64,000 nucleotides of DNA from an uncultured bacterium (GTDB lineage Bacteria > Bacteroidota > Bacteroidia > Bacteroidales > CAIWKO01): NCBI GenBank assembly GCA_903862465.1, contig CAIOYH010000068.1, positions 280 to 64,279 on the forward strand. Direction: 5' to 3'. The stretch's first letter is position 1; each line of letters opens with the position of its first letter. A program made the position numbers and the translations under genes. Below, piece after piece: positions 24,143-33,155 of the stretch. The notes beneath the pieces are model-generated. The model saw only the letters and a program-made list of their open reading frames with translations, did no database searches and was not told the DNA's origin.

Positions 24143-24778
24143 TTACACCGTGAAATATTCATGTTTAATCGCCCACACGATTAATTCGCTGCTATTGCGC
24201 ACTTCCGCTTTATTAAAAATATTGTTGCGATGAACTTCCACTGTTTTTGCGCTGATAAAGAGTTTTTCTGAAATTTCCTGCGAGGTCAAGCCTTTGCACA
24301 CCAAATTCAGCACATCCATTTCGCGTTGTGTAAATTTGTCGGTATTGTTCGGAAAGTTGACCGACTGAAAAGCCATTTTCTGCAATATTTCCTGACTGAA
24401 ATAATTACCGCCCGCAAAAACCGCACAGATGGCTTGTTGCAATTCAAATTTGTTCGATTTCTTTAAAATAAAACCCTTGATGCCTGCATGTATCATTTGC
24501 GTATAATGCATGGTATCAGAAAACATGGTGAGGGCAATAACTTTGAGATCTGGGTGTATTTCAATAGCTTTTCGGGTTGTTTCAATGCCGTCAATTATAG
24601 GCATGTTGATGTCCATCAACACCACATCGGGAATGGATGTTTGCAGAAAATCCAGAAATAAATTTCCGTTGGAAGTGTCAAAAATAATTACAAATTTTTC
24701 AATTTGCCCCAATACAAGGCTTAGACCTTCCCGGAAGAGGTCGTGGTCGTCAACAATGGCTATTTTAATTCGATTCAT
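24143..24778 (-). CDS. NarL/LuxR-family response regulator
   Basis: REC motifs (IVDDHDLF, VLMDINMP, IALTMF, ILKKS) plus a GerE/LuxR HTH (TQREMDVLNLVCKGLTSQEISEKLFISAKTVEVHRNNIFNK). Confidence 0.9.
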   Translation of the reverse strand: MNRIKIAIVDDHDLFREGLSLVLGQIEKFVIIFDTSNGNLFLDFLQTSIPDVVLMDINMPIIDGIETTRKAIEIHPDLKVIALTMFSDTMHYTQMIHAGIKGFILKKSNKFELQQAICAVFAGGNYFSQEILQKMAFQSVNFPNNTDKFTQREMDVLNLVCKGLTSQEISEKLFISAKTVEVHRNNIFNKAEVRNSSELIVWAIKHEYFTV

Positions 24779-26654
24779 CAGTAGCGATTTCTTTATATGG
24801 AATTTTAATTACGACTTTCATCCCGTGACCTTCAAGGCTTTCGAAAACAATAGTTCCTTTCAGAGATTTAATGCGGCTTTCTATATTTTTCAATCCCATG
24901 CCGTGTTGTGCCTGCATTTTTTCTTCAACAGAAAAACCCACGCCATTGTCTTCATAAACCACATTAAGCGCTTCGCCCGAAATGAAACTATTTATACGTA
25001 TCAGCGTTGCCGCAGCATGTTTTGTGGTATTGTTGATTAGTTCCGAAAGTGTACGGTAAATTGTCAATTCTTCTTTAAGCCCAAAACGTTTAAGCTTATC
25101 AAAATTAATATCGAACTTTATGTTTTCACTAATATTTATATCGCTTATAAAATTTTCCAACGCTACAATCAGCCCATAATTTTCAAGAATCTGAGGACTG
25201 ATATTATGCGAAATTCGCGACGTGTCGGATATAGCATTTTCCATAATGCTTTTAAGTTTAGCTTCAATATCATTCTTGCTCGACACATCCTTGGCATCAA
25301 TATAGGCTTGAAAATAAAGCTTTGCCGCCGACAATAAAGGACCCAAGCCATCGTGCAAATCGGAGGCTATCCGCTTACGCTCTTTTTCCTCGGTTTGTAT
25401 AATGGCTTCTATCGTTTTTTGCTTTATCAATTCTTTTCTCTTCAACCTGAAATATAAATAGCTGACAAAAAATGCAATGCACAGGGCAACCAAGATAAAT
25501 ACAAGAAAGATCAATTGTTTCTTCTGAAACTCATTCTTTTGTTCTTCCTCTCTTATTTTTTGTTCTTTTGTAAACAAATCATATTTGGCTGATTGTTCGT
25601 TGATCTGAGTACTTATCCTATCCCTGTAAAAATCATCCAGTAGCGTACGGCTTAACATCACAAAATCATAAGCATCTTTATAATCTCCGGTGAGTTTATA
25701 AATGGTTGCAAATTGCAGATACAAGCGCATAAAAAGATTCCTGTTTTCCTCAATAGGGCAAAGTTCTGTGGCATCAACCACAGCCTGAAGCGCGAGTTTA
25801 TAGTCCTTCAATCTGATATAAATATTGCTTTGGTTTATTAGTGCGCTCATCTCGCTATATTGCATATCTGCGTCATCGAAATTCTTCACTGCTTTCAAAG
25901 ATAGTTCAAGGGCTTTATCATATTGTTTTCCCATGGTGCGCCTAAAACAAAGTTCGTTTTGGGCTAATGCTAGGTTTGATTTGCTGTTTATTTTTTCTGA
26001 TAAAGAAATACAGAGATTCGAATATTTTTCAACCGAATCGGCTATATTGTATTTGTCAATTCCCCATTCGTCATAAATGGCAGCCAAACGATTGTAAGCA
26101 TACGTTCTGTTAATATCTGAAACCGAACTTTTCCTGTTCAATATCTCATTTAGCATATCAATTCCTTTATCATATTCCTGCTTTTGTCGGTAAGCTTCGC
26201 ACAGACTTATACTACAGTAATCAGCTTTTTCTGAGCCTGCATTTAATGTATCAAGGGCTTCCATCAGTAAATGGATAGCTTTATCGGGCATTGATTTTTC
26301 AAGATATTTCTTGGCAGAATATATGAGTGCATCATCATAACCAAGGGATTTTGGTGCTGCAAACATTCTCTTTTCAAGTGCTTTGACCGCTACTGTGTCG
26401 GCATAAATTACTCTCAGTCTTAAAAAATTGGTTTGTGCTTGCTGTATAGGTGAAAATTCCTTTTTATAATTCTCCAACTTATTCAGGTAAAGCTTTGCGG
26501 AACTAAGATCGGAATTAATTAAATCAAGCCCTTTGGTGTAAGCACTATCAAAGTCAAATCCTCTTTCAAATCGCTGACAGTATAAGTTCTCAGCGGGGAA
26601 AATGCTGAGAATAATTCCTAATATGAATAATAGCCTAATATTATTGTTTACCAT
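24765..26654 (-). CDS. sensor histidine kinase with extracytoplasmic TPR-like domain (HisKA_3 type)
   Basis: N-terminal signal/TM, ~350 aa of TPR-like helices, then a TM (LIFLVFILVALCIAFFVSYLYF). H-box DLHDGLGPLLS. ATPase motifs NNTTKHA, DNGVGF, GMGLKNIESRI. Overlaps the regulator gene by 14 nt. Confidence 0.85.
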   Translation of the reverse strand: MVNNNIRLLFILGIILSIFPAENLYCQRFERGFDFDSAYTKGLDLINSDLSSAKLYLNKLENYKKEFSPIQQAQTNFLRLRVIYADTVAVKALEKRMFAAPKSLGYDDALIYSAKKYLEKSMPDKAIHLLMEALDTLNAGSEKADYCSISLCEAYRQKQEYDKGIDMLNEILNRKSSVSDINRTYAYNRLAAIYDEWGIDKYNIADSVEKYSNLCISLSEKINSKSNLALAQNELCFRRTMGKQYDKALELSLKAVKNFDDADMQYSEMSALINQSNIYIRLKDYKLALQAVVDATELCPIEENRNLFMRLYLQFATIYKLTGDYKDAYDFVMLSRTLLDDFYRDRISTQINEQSAKYDLFTKEQKIREEEQKNEFQKKQLIFLVFILVALCIAFFVSYLYFRLKRKELIKQKTIEAIIQTEEKERKRIASDLHDGLGPLLSAAKLYFQAYIDAKDVSSKNDIEAKLKSIMENAISDTSRISHNISPQILENYGLIVALENFISDINISENIKFDINFDKLKRFGLKEELTIYRTLSELINNTTKHAAATLIRINSFISGEALNVVYEDNGVGFSVEEKMQAQHGMGLKNIESRIKSLKGTIVFESLEGHGMKVVIKIPYKEIATDESN

Positions 26655-26695
26655 AATAAATATCTCGATTTACAGCCCCAATTCAAAATCATTTG

Positions 26696-26703
26696 CAAAA
26701 ATA
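26696..26703 (-). promoter_or_regulatory. -7 box TATTTTTG upstream of the kinase-regulator operon
   Basis: The reverse complement of caaaaata is TATTTTTG. It lies 42 nt upstream of the ATG at 26654. Confidence 0.4.
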
Positions 26704-26976
26704 GTGTTTTTTTTCATCTATGTAATTCTATTGTTTCCAAATTTTATCTAGCCCAACAAATTTGTAGTAAGTTTTGTTATTTCAATTTCCTATTCAGAAA
26801 ATGAAATGCAAATATATGTCGTTTTTTTCAACCAGTCGCATTATTTTTAATTAATACCCCAAAAGTCATTATTTAAAAACCTCCAATGTTTGGAAAAGAT
26901 TTTATAATACTTCATTAATCAACTCAATCACCCAATGATTTAATGACCCTATGACCATTAATGACAATAATTGACC

Positions 26977-27116
26977 ACGAACCTGTCCCGTACATGAAAT
27001 GTCGGGATGACCTTAAATGACTCCCCAGTTAACCAATCAACATAATTAACTTACTCAACATATTCAACTCAACCTGACCCATACACGCACCTGCCCCGTA
27101 CATGAAATGTCGGGAA
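26977..27116. repeat. two copies of a ~32-bp REP-like element with bulged hairpin CCCGtACATgaaATGTCGGG
   Basis: cacgaacctgtcccgtacatgaaatgtcggga (26977-27008) and cacgcacctgccccgtacatgaaatgtcggga (27086-27116). They share the core ACATnAAATGTCG with the hairpins at 23850-23870 and 23955-23975. Confidence 0.75.
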
Positions 27117-27160
27117 TGTCGGGATCAACTTAATCAACTCAATTGACAAAAGAAGGTCAC

Positions 27161-27607
27161 TTATTTTGCATCCACCTCAACAGGAACCACCACATGTAAG
27201 CGTCCCCAGCGGATGAGTTTGCGCCAAAAGCGTTCGTGCAGGTAATAGAGAAGAATTTTGGTCATCACTTCGGATAGACAAACTTTGATGGAAGCCAAAG
27301 GATTGCCCGAAATGATGAAGCTAATCACCATGGTGTCTATGGTGCCAAAGAAGCGCCAGGAGATGCCTTTCATCAGGCTTCGGAAATTAGACAAGGTGTC
27401 GTTTTCGCGCAGAAACTGGAATTTATTCCAGATGCGTTCGTGAAGAAAATACAACAATATCTTGGTAAAAACTTCAACGATGGCAATAGGCAGGGCAATG
27501 GACGTCTTGCCAAAAAAGAAATAGGCAATAACGAAAGTGTCAATACTTCCAACGATGCGCCAACTGATGCCTTTTACTAAACTACGGGCTTTGGTATCAC
27601 TAATCAT
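27161..27607 (-). CDS. DUF2061-type membrane protein (two tandem DUF2061 repeats)
   Basis: KGISWRIVGSIDTFVIAYFFFG..ILLYFLHERIWNKF is repeated as KGISWRFFGTIDTMVISFIISG..ILLYYLHERFWRKL. Confidence 0.7.
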   Translation of the reverse strand: MISDTKARSLVKGISWRIVGSIDTFVIAYFFFGKTSIALPIAIVEVFTKILLYFLHERIWNKFQFLRENDTLSNFRSLMKGISWRFFGTIDTMVISFIISGNPLASIKVCLSEVMTKILLYYLHERFWRKLIRWGRLHVVVPVEVDAK

Positions 27608-27664
27608 GCTGCAAAAGTACGAATAATTTCACACATACACGTATCTGCTGCTGATAAGGCTCAC

Positions 27665-30595
27665 TCATTCAATAGTAATCTCATCAATAAATATCCAAGA
27701 AGGATAGCCTGCACCCAAGTGCCAAGAAGGGATGGTGCCGAAATTCTTTGCTTTAACACGAACATATCGCGTTTCGACATTCATCGTTGTTTCATAATCT
27801 TTGATGGTAGATTTATAATCGTTGTCAGCAACAGTATTAGTGACTGTGGCAATGGTTTTGAAGTTGATACCATCAGCCGAAATGGCATACTCTACAAACT
27901 TCGGCATCCAAATCCAAGAACTGATGTCTTGCAGAAATCCACCAGCCATGCGATGAACCTTCTGTACGGAACCTAAATCCACAACAGCTTCGAAGTCCAC
28001 ACTGTCGAAGCCTTGCCATTCGCCCAAGCGGAAATTGTTGCCGCCACGAATCTGGTCAATCAAAGCATTATCGCCGCCGCCTGTGTATTGCGAACTATAT
28101 TTGGAATGTAAATCAATTTTACGGTCTTGATGAATCTTGAAATAGTCGGCTTCCATCACATAACTATAGCGCAAAGCAGCAGTGTAGGCTACGGCTTTCA
28201 GGTGGGTGGTTTCTTTGAAATTCAGGGCGTGTGAATAAATGTTCTTGCTTGAGTCGGGCTGAGAGCCGTCTGTGGTATAATAGATGTTTGTTTTTGGGGT
28301 GATGGTTTTGAGTTCCACTTGTATGGAATCGGCAAAGGTTTTAGCGTTTTGGGTAGTGTAAGGTACGGGCAGGAGGAGATGGTCGGTGATGCCCGTCGTG
28401 GGGACGTCTTCATCTTTTGTTCCCCATTTGGTGTTTGGCGCAGGACCCATGGTAAACTCGATGGTACCGCCTTTCATCAGGGTGGAATAGTTCAAGAAAC
28501 ATTTGGTGTAGCTGCTGTCGTTGAGGCTTGCGTCCTGGATATAGAAGTTTTTGGAGGTACGAAGCTTTGTTTTGATGACAAAGGTGTTGCCGTTTTCCAG
28601 ATGTATCTTTGCCTCATCAAACAAAGGGGAGCCGATGGCAAATTGAGGATTTCCCGGACAAACCTGATAGATACCCATTGCACTCAACACATACCAAGCC
28701 GACATCTGACCGCAATCTTCGTTGCCACACAAGCCATCGGTTCGATTTGAGTAAAGCGTTGTCATAATTTTATGGTCGAGTTCTTGCGTTTTATAGGCTT
28801 GATTCACGTAATTGAACAAGTAAGCCATGTGATGACTGGGCTCGTTGCCGTGGGCATACTGCCCAATAAGCCCGGTGATGTCCACTTGCTCTCTCCCTGT
28901 CAAAGATTTGGAAGTGTTGAACAGTTCATCTAATTTTTTTGCCAATATGTCTTTGCCTCCATAGAGTTGAATCAAACCACTAATGTCGTGTGGCACAAAG
29001 AAACTATATTGCCAAGCATTGGCTTCGGTATAATTGAAGGTGACTTCGGTAGGGTCGAAAGGTGTTTGCCACGCGGCGTTCATCTTTGGGCGCATAAAGC
29101 CTGTTTGAGGGTCGAAAATATCTTTATAGAACTGCGCACGGGTGATATAATTTATATAATCCGGGTATTGTGCGTTCATTTTAGCCATCCAAGCAATGCA
29201 CCAATCATCATAGGCATATTCTAAGGTTTTGGATACGGATTCATGCTCTTTGTCGCCGGGCACATAACCATATTTACGTAAAAAGGGCAAGCCGAACTCA
29301 TTGTTTTCGGCACTAGCTTTCATGGCTTTCAACGCAAGAGTGCCATCAAAATTTCGGATGCCTTTCACATAAGCATCAAAAATGACAGGAACGGAATGAT
29401 AGCCTATCATGCAATTGGTTTCGTTGGACGAAAGCTCCCAAACAGGCAACAAACCGCCTTGCTGATACTGTTGCAAGAAAGTATTCACGAAGTCATTCGT
29501 ACGCTTTCTGTCAATAATACTTAATAGGGGATGTTCCGCACGAAAAGTATCCCACAGGGAAAAAACAGTGTAATAATCAAAGCCTGAAGTTGTGTACACT
29601 TTCATATCCCGCCCGAGATACTTCCGGTCCACATCAGAATAGATGTTGGGGTTAATCATGCAATGATACAAAGCCGTATAGAAGTTGATGATGTCGTCTT
29701 TGTTGCCGCCCGACACTTCAATTTTGCCAAGTTCTTTGTTCCATTTGATTTTGGCATCGTTACGAACGACGTCGAAATCCCATCCTTTAAGCTCGCTGTT
29801 CAAGTTGTTCAGAGCACCTTCAACAGAGGTGGCGCTCAAACCAACTTTAACCAACACCTCTTTTGCACCATCGAAGGTGAAATAAGCTTTCACGCGGGTG
29901 CCGCTTGCTTTATTCTTATCTGTCTTAATGATATTACCCAACGAATCGAGCACACACAAGCCATAATTGGTGAAAGGTTTCGAGAACTGTATGTCAAAAT
30001 AGAGCACTTGATTGTTTGCCCACGCTTTCGATTTGCGCATACCGCGGATGTGGGTGCTGCTCACAAACTCAACATAAGCGTCGAGCACTATATCGCGATG
30101 TTGCAAATCGAGAATAATATTGTTTTCAGACGTAGTTGCATACGTGTATTTGTGAAAGCCTATGCGTTCGGTGGCGGTGAGCTCCACATTGATATTGCTC
30201 TTGTTGAGTTTCACTTCATAATAGCCTGGGGAGGCTTTTTCGCTTTTGTGCGAGAAAGAAGAGGCGTAAGCATAGTCTTTTATATCCAAGGTCCCGCTTG
30301 TGGGCATTAGCAAGATGTCGCCATAGTCGGAACAGCCAGTGCCATTGAGATGGGTGTGAGAAAAGCCATAGATGATGGTATCAGAATAATGATAACCCGA
30401 ACAACCATCCCAGCCTGTGAGACGTGTGTCGGGACTGAGCTGCACCATGCCAAAGGGAAGCGTCGCGCCCGGATAGGTGTGACCGTGCCCGCCTGTTCCA
30501 ATGAAGGGGTTTACATATGAGGAATAATCTTGTTGCTGCGCGAAACCAAATTGGAATCCGCATAAAAGAAGAAAAAGGAGTACTATTTTTTTCAT
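27665..30595 (-). CDS. GH92 alpha-mannosidase with C-terminal F5/8 type C (discoidin)-like domain
   Basis: Signal peptide. GH92 N-terminal signature YVNPFIGTGGHGHTYPGATLPFGMVQLSPDT. C-terminal ..RYVRVKAKNFGTIPSWHLGAGYPSWIFIDEITIE. Confidence 0.9.
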   Translation of the reverse strand: MKKIVLLFLLLCGFQFGFAQQQDYSSYVNPFIGTGGHGHTYPGATLPFGMVQLSPDTRLTGWDGCSGYHYSDTIIYGFSHTHLNGTGCSDYGDILLMPTSGTLDIKDYAYASSFSHKSEKASPGYYEVKLNKSNINVELTATERIGFHKYTYATTSENNIILDLQHRDIVLDAYVEFVSSTHIRGMRKSKAWANNQVLYFDIQFSKPFTNYGLCVLDSLGNIIKTDKNKASGTRVKAYFTFDGAKEVLVKVGLSATSVEGALNNLNSELKGWDFDVVRNDAKIKWNKELGKIEVSGGNKDDIINFYTALYHCMINPNIYSDVDRKYLGRDMKVYTTSGFDYYTVFSLWDTFRAEHPLLSIIDRKRTNDFVNTFLQQYQQGGLLPVWELSSNETNCMIGYHSVPVIFDAYVKGIRNFDGTLALKAMKASAENNEFGLPFLRKYGYVPGDKEHESVSKTLEYAYDDWCIAWMAKMNAQYPDYINYITRAQFYKDIFDPQTGFMRPKMNAAWQTPFDPTEVTFNYTEANAWQYSFFVPHDISGLIQLYGGKDILAKKLDELFNTSKSLTGREQVDITGLIGQYAHGNEPSHHMAYLFNYVNQAYKTQELDHKIMTTLYSNRTDGLCGNEDCGQMSAWYVLSAMGIYQVCPGNPQFAIGSPLFDEAKIHLENGNTFVIKTKLRTSKNFYIQDASLNDSSYTKCFLNYSTLMKGGTIEFTMGPAPNTKWGTKDEDVPTTGITDHLLLPVPYTTQNAKTFADSIQVELKTITPKTNIYYTTDGSQPDSSKNIYSHALNFKETTHLKAVAYTAALRYSYVMEADYFKIHQDRKIDLHSKYSSQYTGGGDNALIDQIRGGNNFRLGEWQGFDSVDFEAVVDLGSVQKVHRMAGGFLQDISSWIWMPKFVEYAISADGINFKTIATVTNTVADNDYKSTIKDYETTMNVETRYVRVKAKNFGTIPSWHLGAGYPSWIFIDEITIE

Positions 30596-30606
30596 ACTAA
30601 AAGGAG

Positions 30607-33153
30607 TTATTTAACATCGAATAAGGAACGAACTTTGATTTTTTCTTTGAGAAGCTTGAATGGACCTTTCGTTGTGGCAATAATTTTGACCGTTGAATTG
30701 GGCAAAAGATCAAAGAAGTTATCTGACAGGGAAACACCCTTGCCTTCTAAACCCTCAAAGCTGATAAAAATGTTTTTGGCCAGTTTGTGCGTATTGATGT
30801 TAATGGTATAACCGTTGGCAATACTATCTACATCGTACGTAATTTCAGGGTTTTCGAGGGCTAAGTTTTTTGCCACATTAAAATAAAGAATATTATCAGT
30901 AATCGCTATGTTGTTCACGAGAATCTTAGCAGAAAGCAGCAAAGATTTGAATTGGGAAGTATCGGGAAGCAATGAAGTCTTATTAAGAGTATCTATGATT
31001 TGGCTACTGTTGGCTTTTATCCTGAGTCTCTTCGTTTGTTGCCAAAGGATAGTGCCGGCGAAATTCATGAGTTTCAATTCGAGTTGGGCGTTGACATCGT
31101 TTAAAGAATCAGAGATGACTTCCACATCAATGGTTTTGTAGTTATTTGTAAAGGTAACAAGGATGTTTTTAAACCCATTTCTAACAAAATATTGTAAGGC
31201 TTTTGGGTTGTGATTATAATCCGTTCCCGACCAAGAAACCACGGGCCAACAATCGTTGAATTGCCAATAGAGCGTTCCCATGCAGCGTGGCTTTGCATTG
31301 CGATGTGCTTCTATGGCAGTCTTCATGCCATAGGCTTGCAACAATTGGCTTACGTAGATATAATCATCCAAATCTTTCGGTTCATTGTATTCTCGCAACA
31401 TATAGGTTTTTATGGTTTCGTATCCGGTGGGATGTTTCTCATGACATTTCATCGCCTCAGAATACAAGTAGCTATCCTCTTTGATGGAGAATTTATCCAA
31501 AGTGCTTCGTTCGGGAAAGCCTTGAAAGCCATATTCGCTAGCAAAGCGTCCTGTCTTTTGCCGATACATCTCAAATGGTTCCATACCCCACCAAACGCCC
31601 CAATAATGGGAATCACCATCCGTTATGCTTTGCGTGCGCCCCCATCCATATTTGGGAGAAGATTGCCAATAGAATCGCTGCGAATCATTTTCCCGGATCG
31701 TTTTGGGTAATATTTTGTTGAATAGGCTGACATAATTGTTCCATATCTCGCTACTGTCGGCAAGGCTATAATTATATTGCTTTTGCCAACCCCAATTTTT
31801 CCATCCTTCGTCAATTTCGTTGTTGCCGCACCAAAGTGCCAGACATGGATGGTTTCGAAGGCGTTTCACCTGTTGCGAGGCTTCTATGGTCACATTGTTT
31901 AGAAAAGCACTATCGCCCGGATACATGGCGCAGGCAAACATAAAATCCTGCCACACGAGTATGCCTTTCGCATCGCAAAGATTATAAAAGATATCGTTTT
32001 CATAAATTCCACCGCCCCATACGCGTAGCATATTCATATTGCTTTTACGAGCCATGTTCAGCAAATCGTCATAGTTTTGAGTGGTAACCCGAGGCAAAAA
32101 GTTATCCTGAGGAATATAATTGGAGCCTTTAATAAAGATAGGAATTCCATTCAGTTTGAAATAAAAAGATTCGCCATATTTGTCTTTTTCATTTACAACT
32201 TCAATGGTTCGCAAGCCCACACTGAGACTGCGTTGGGCTATCGTTTTTTTATTTACTATAACTTCAACATTGAAATGATACAGGTAAGGAATTCCCAAAT
32301 CATGGGTCCACCAGAGTGTAGGATTTTTTATGGAGAAGTCAAGCAAAGCCGAGTTAATGCCTTTGGGGAGAGTGATGCTTTTTGTGGCGTAAACTATTCC
32401 CGAATTAGCGTCAGTAATTTTGAGAGTTGCCGTTTCAGAGTTGTCAGAACGAAATGTGGAAGCAATGCTTAGTTTGGCTTCATTTTTATTTAATTCGTGT
32501 TGGATAAATTGAACATCATCAAGGGAATAATCGTTCCATGTTCGGAGATATATGGGCTTCCAAATTCCACACGTAACAAATCGCGGACCCCAATCCCAAC
32601 CAAATTGATATTGCGCTTTACGCACAAAGACTTTTTCATCACCCGGCAAGGTGTAGGATAATTTTGTGGCAGCTTCTTTTCCTTTGACAACCGGGGATTC
32701 AAAAACTATGCGAATTTCGTTTGTGCCGCTATGTAAATTGTCCTTACAATCTGTATTCCATAAACGAAACATATTATTTGCCGAAATGATGAGGTGATTG
32801 TTTACATACACTTTGGCGTAGGTGTCTAAACCTTCGGCGATGAGTTCTATGTGCTTATTTTTTAAGGTAGCCTCATCAATTGTAAATGCGGTTTTATATT
32901 CCCAGTTTTTTGTTTCTATCCATTGCAAGTCTTTTTCGTTGCAGCCATAAAACGGATCAGGGATTTTTTTATTTACAAACAAGTCGGTATGTACGGTTCC
33001 CGGAACATTCGCCGGGAGCCAAATTTCTGCTCCTTGTTCTGTAAAACGCCAATCTTTATTCAGAAAAATAGTATCTGCAATTTGCGTATAGCCTTTGATT
33101 ATAGAACCAAAAACGAATAAACAAAAAAACAGCGAAACTTTCTTTCGAAACAT
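30607..33153 (-). CDS. GH2 beta-mannosidase
   Basis: 848 aa with a signal peptide. WRFTEQG..WLPANVPGTVHTDLFVNKKIPDPFYGCNEKDLQWIE..W.Y pattern, and WCGNNE / FASEYGFQ catalytic-region motifs. Confidence 0.8.
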   Translation of the reverse strand: MFRKKVSLFFCLFVFGSIIKGYTQIADTIFLNKDWRFTEQGAEIWLPANVPGTVHTDLFVNKKIPDPFYGCNEKDLQWIETKNWEYKTAFTIDEATLKNKHIELIAEGLDTYAKVYVNNHLIISANNMFRLWNTDCKDNLHSGTNEIRIVFESPVVKGKEAATKLSYTLPGDEKVFVRKAQYQFGWDWGPRFVTCGIWKPIYLRTWNDYSLDDVQFIQHELNKNEAKLSIASTFRSDNSETATLKITDANSGIVYATKSITLPKGINSALLDFSIKNPTLWWTHDLGIPYLYHFNVEVIVNKKTIAQRSLSVGLRTIEVVNEKDKYGESFYFKLNGIPIFIKGSNYIPQDNFLPRVTTQNYDDLLNMARKSNMNMLRVWGGGIYENDIFYNLCDAKGILVWQDFMFACAMYPGDSAFLNNVTIEASQQVKRLRNHPCLALWCGNNEIDEGWKNWGWQKQYNYSLADSSEIWNNYVSLFNKILPKTIRENDSQRFYWQSSPKYGWGRTQSITDGDSHYWGVWWGMEPFEMYRQKTGRFASEYGFQGFPERSTLDKFSIKEDSYLYSEAMKCHEKHPTGYETIKTYMLREYNEPKDLDDYIYVSQLLQAYGMKTAIEAHRNAKPRCMGTLYWQFNDCWPVVSWSGTDYNHNPKALQYFVRNGFKNILVTFTNNYKTIDVEVISDSLNDVNAQLELKLMNFAGTILWQQTKRLRIKANSSQIIDTLNKTSLLPDTSQFKSLLLSAKILVNNIAITDNILYFNVAKNLALENPEITYDVDSIANGYTININTHKLAKNIFISFEGLEGKGVSLSDNFFDLLPNSTVKIIATTKGPFKLLKEKIKVRSLFDVK

Positions 33154-33155
33154 TT

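Noticed and set aside
29663-30310. 215-aa + strand ORF inside the GH92 gene (and similar ORFs at 28319-28750, 31210-31710, 32077-32472)
   Set aside because: These are antisense shadow ORFs within genes that have unambiguous family signatures.
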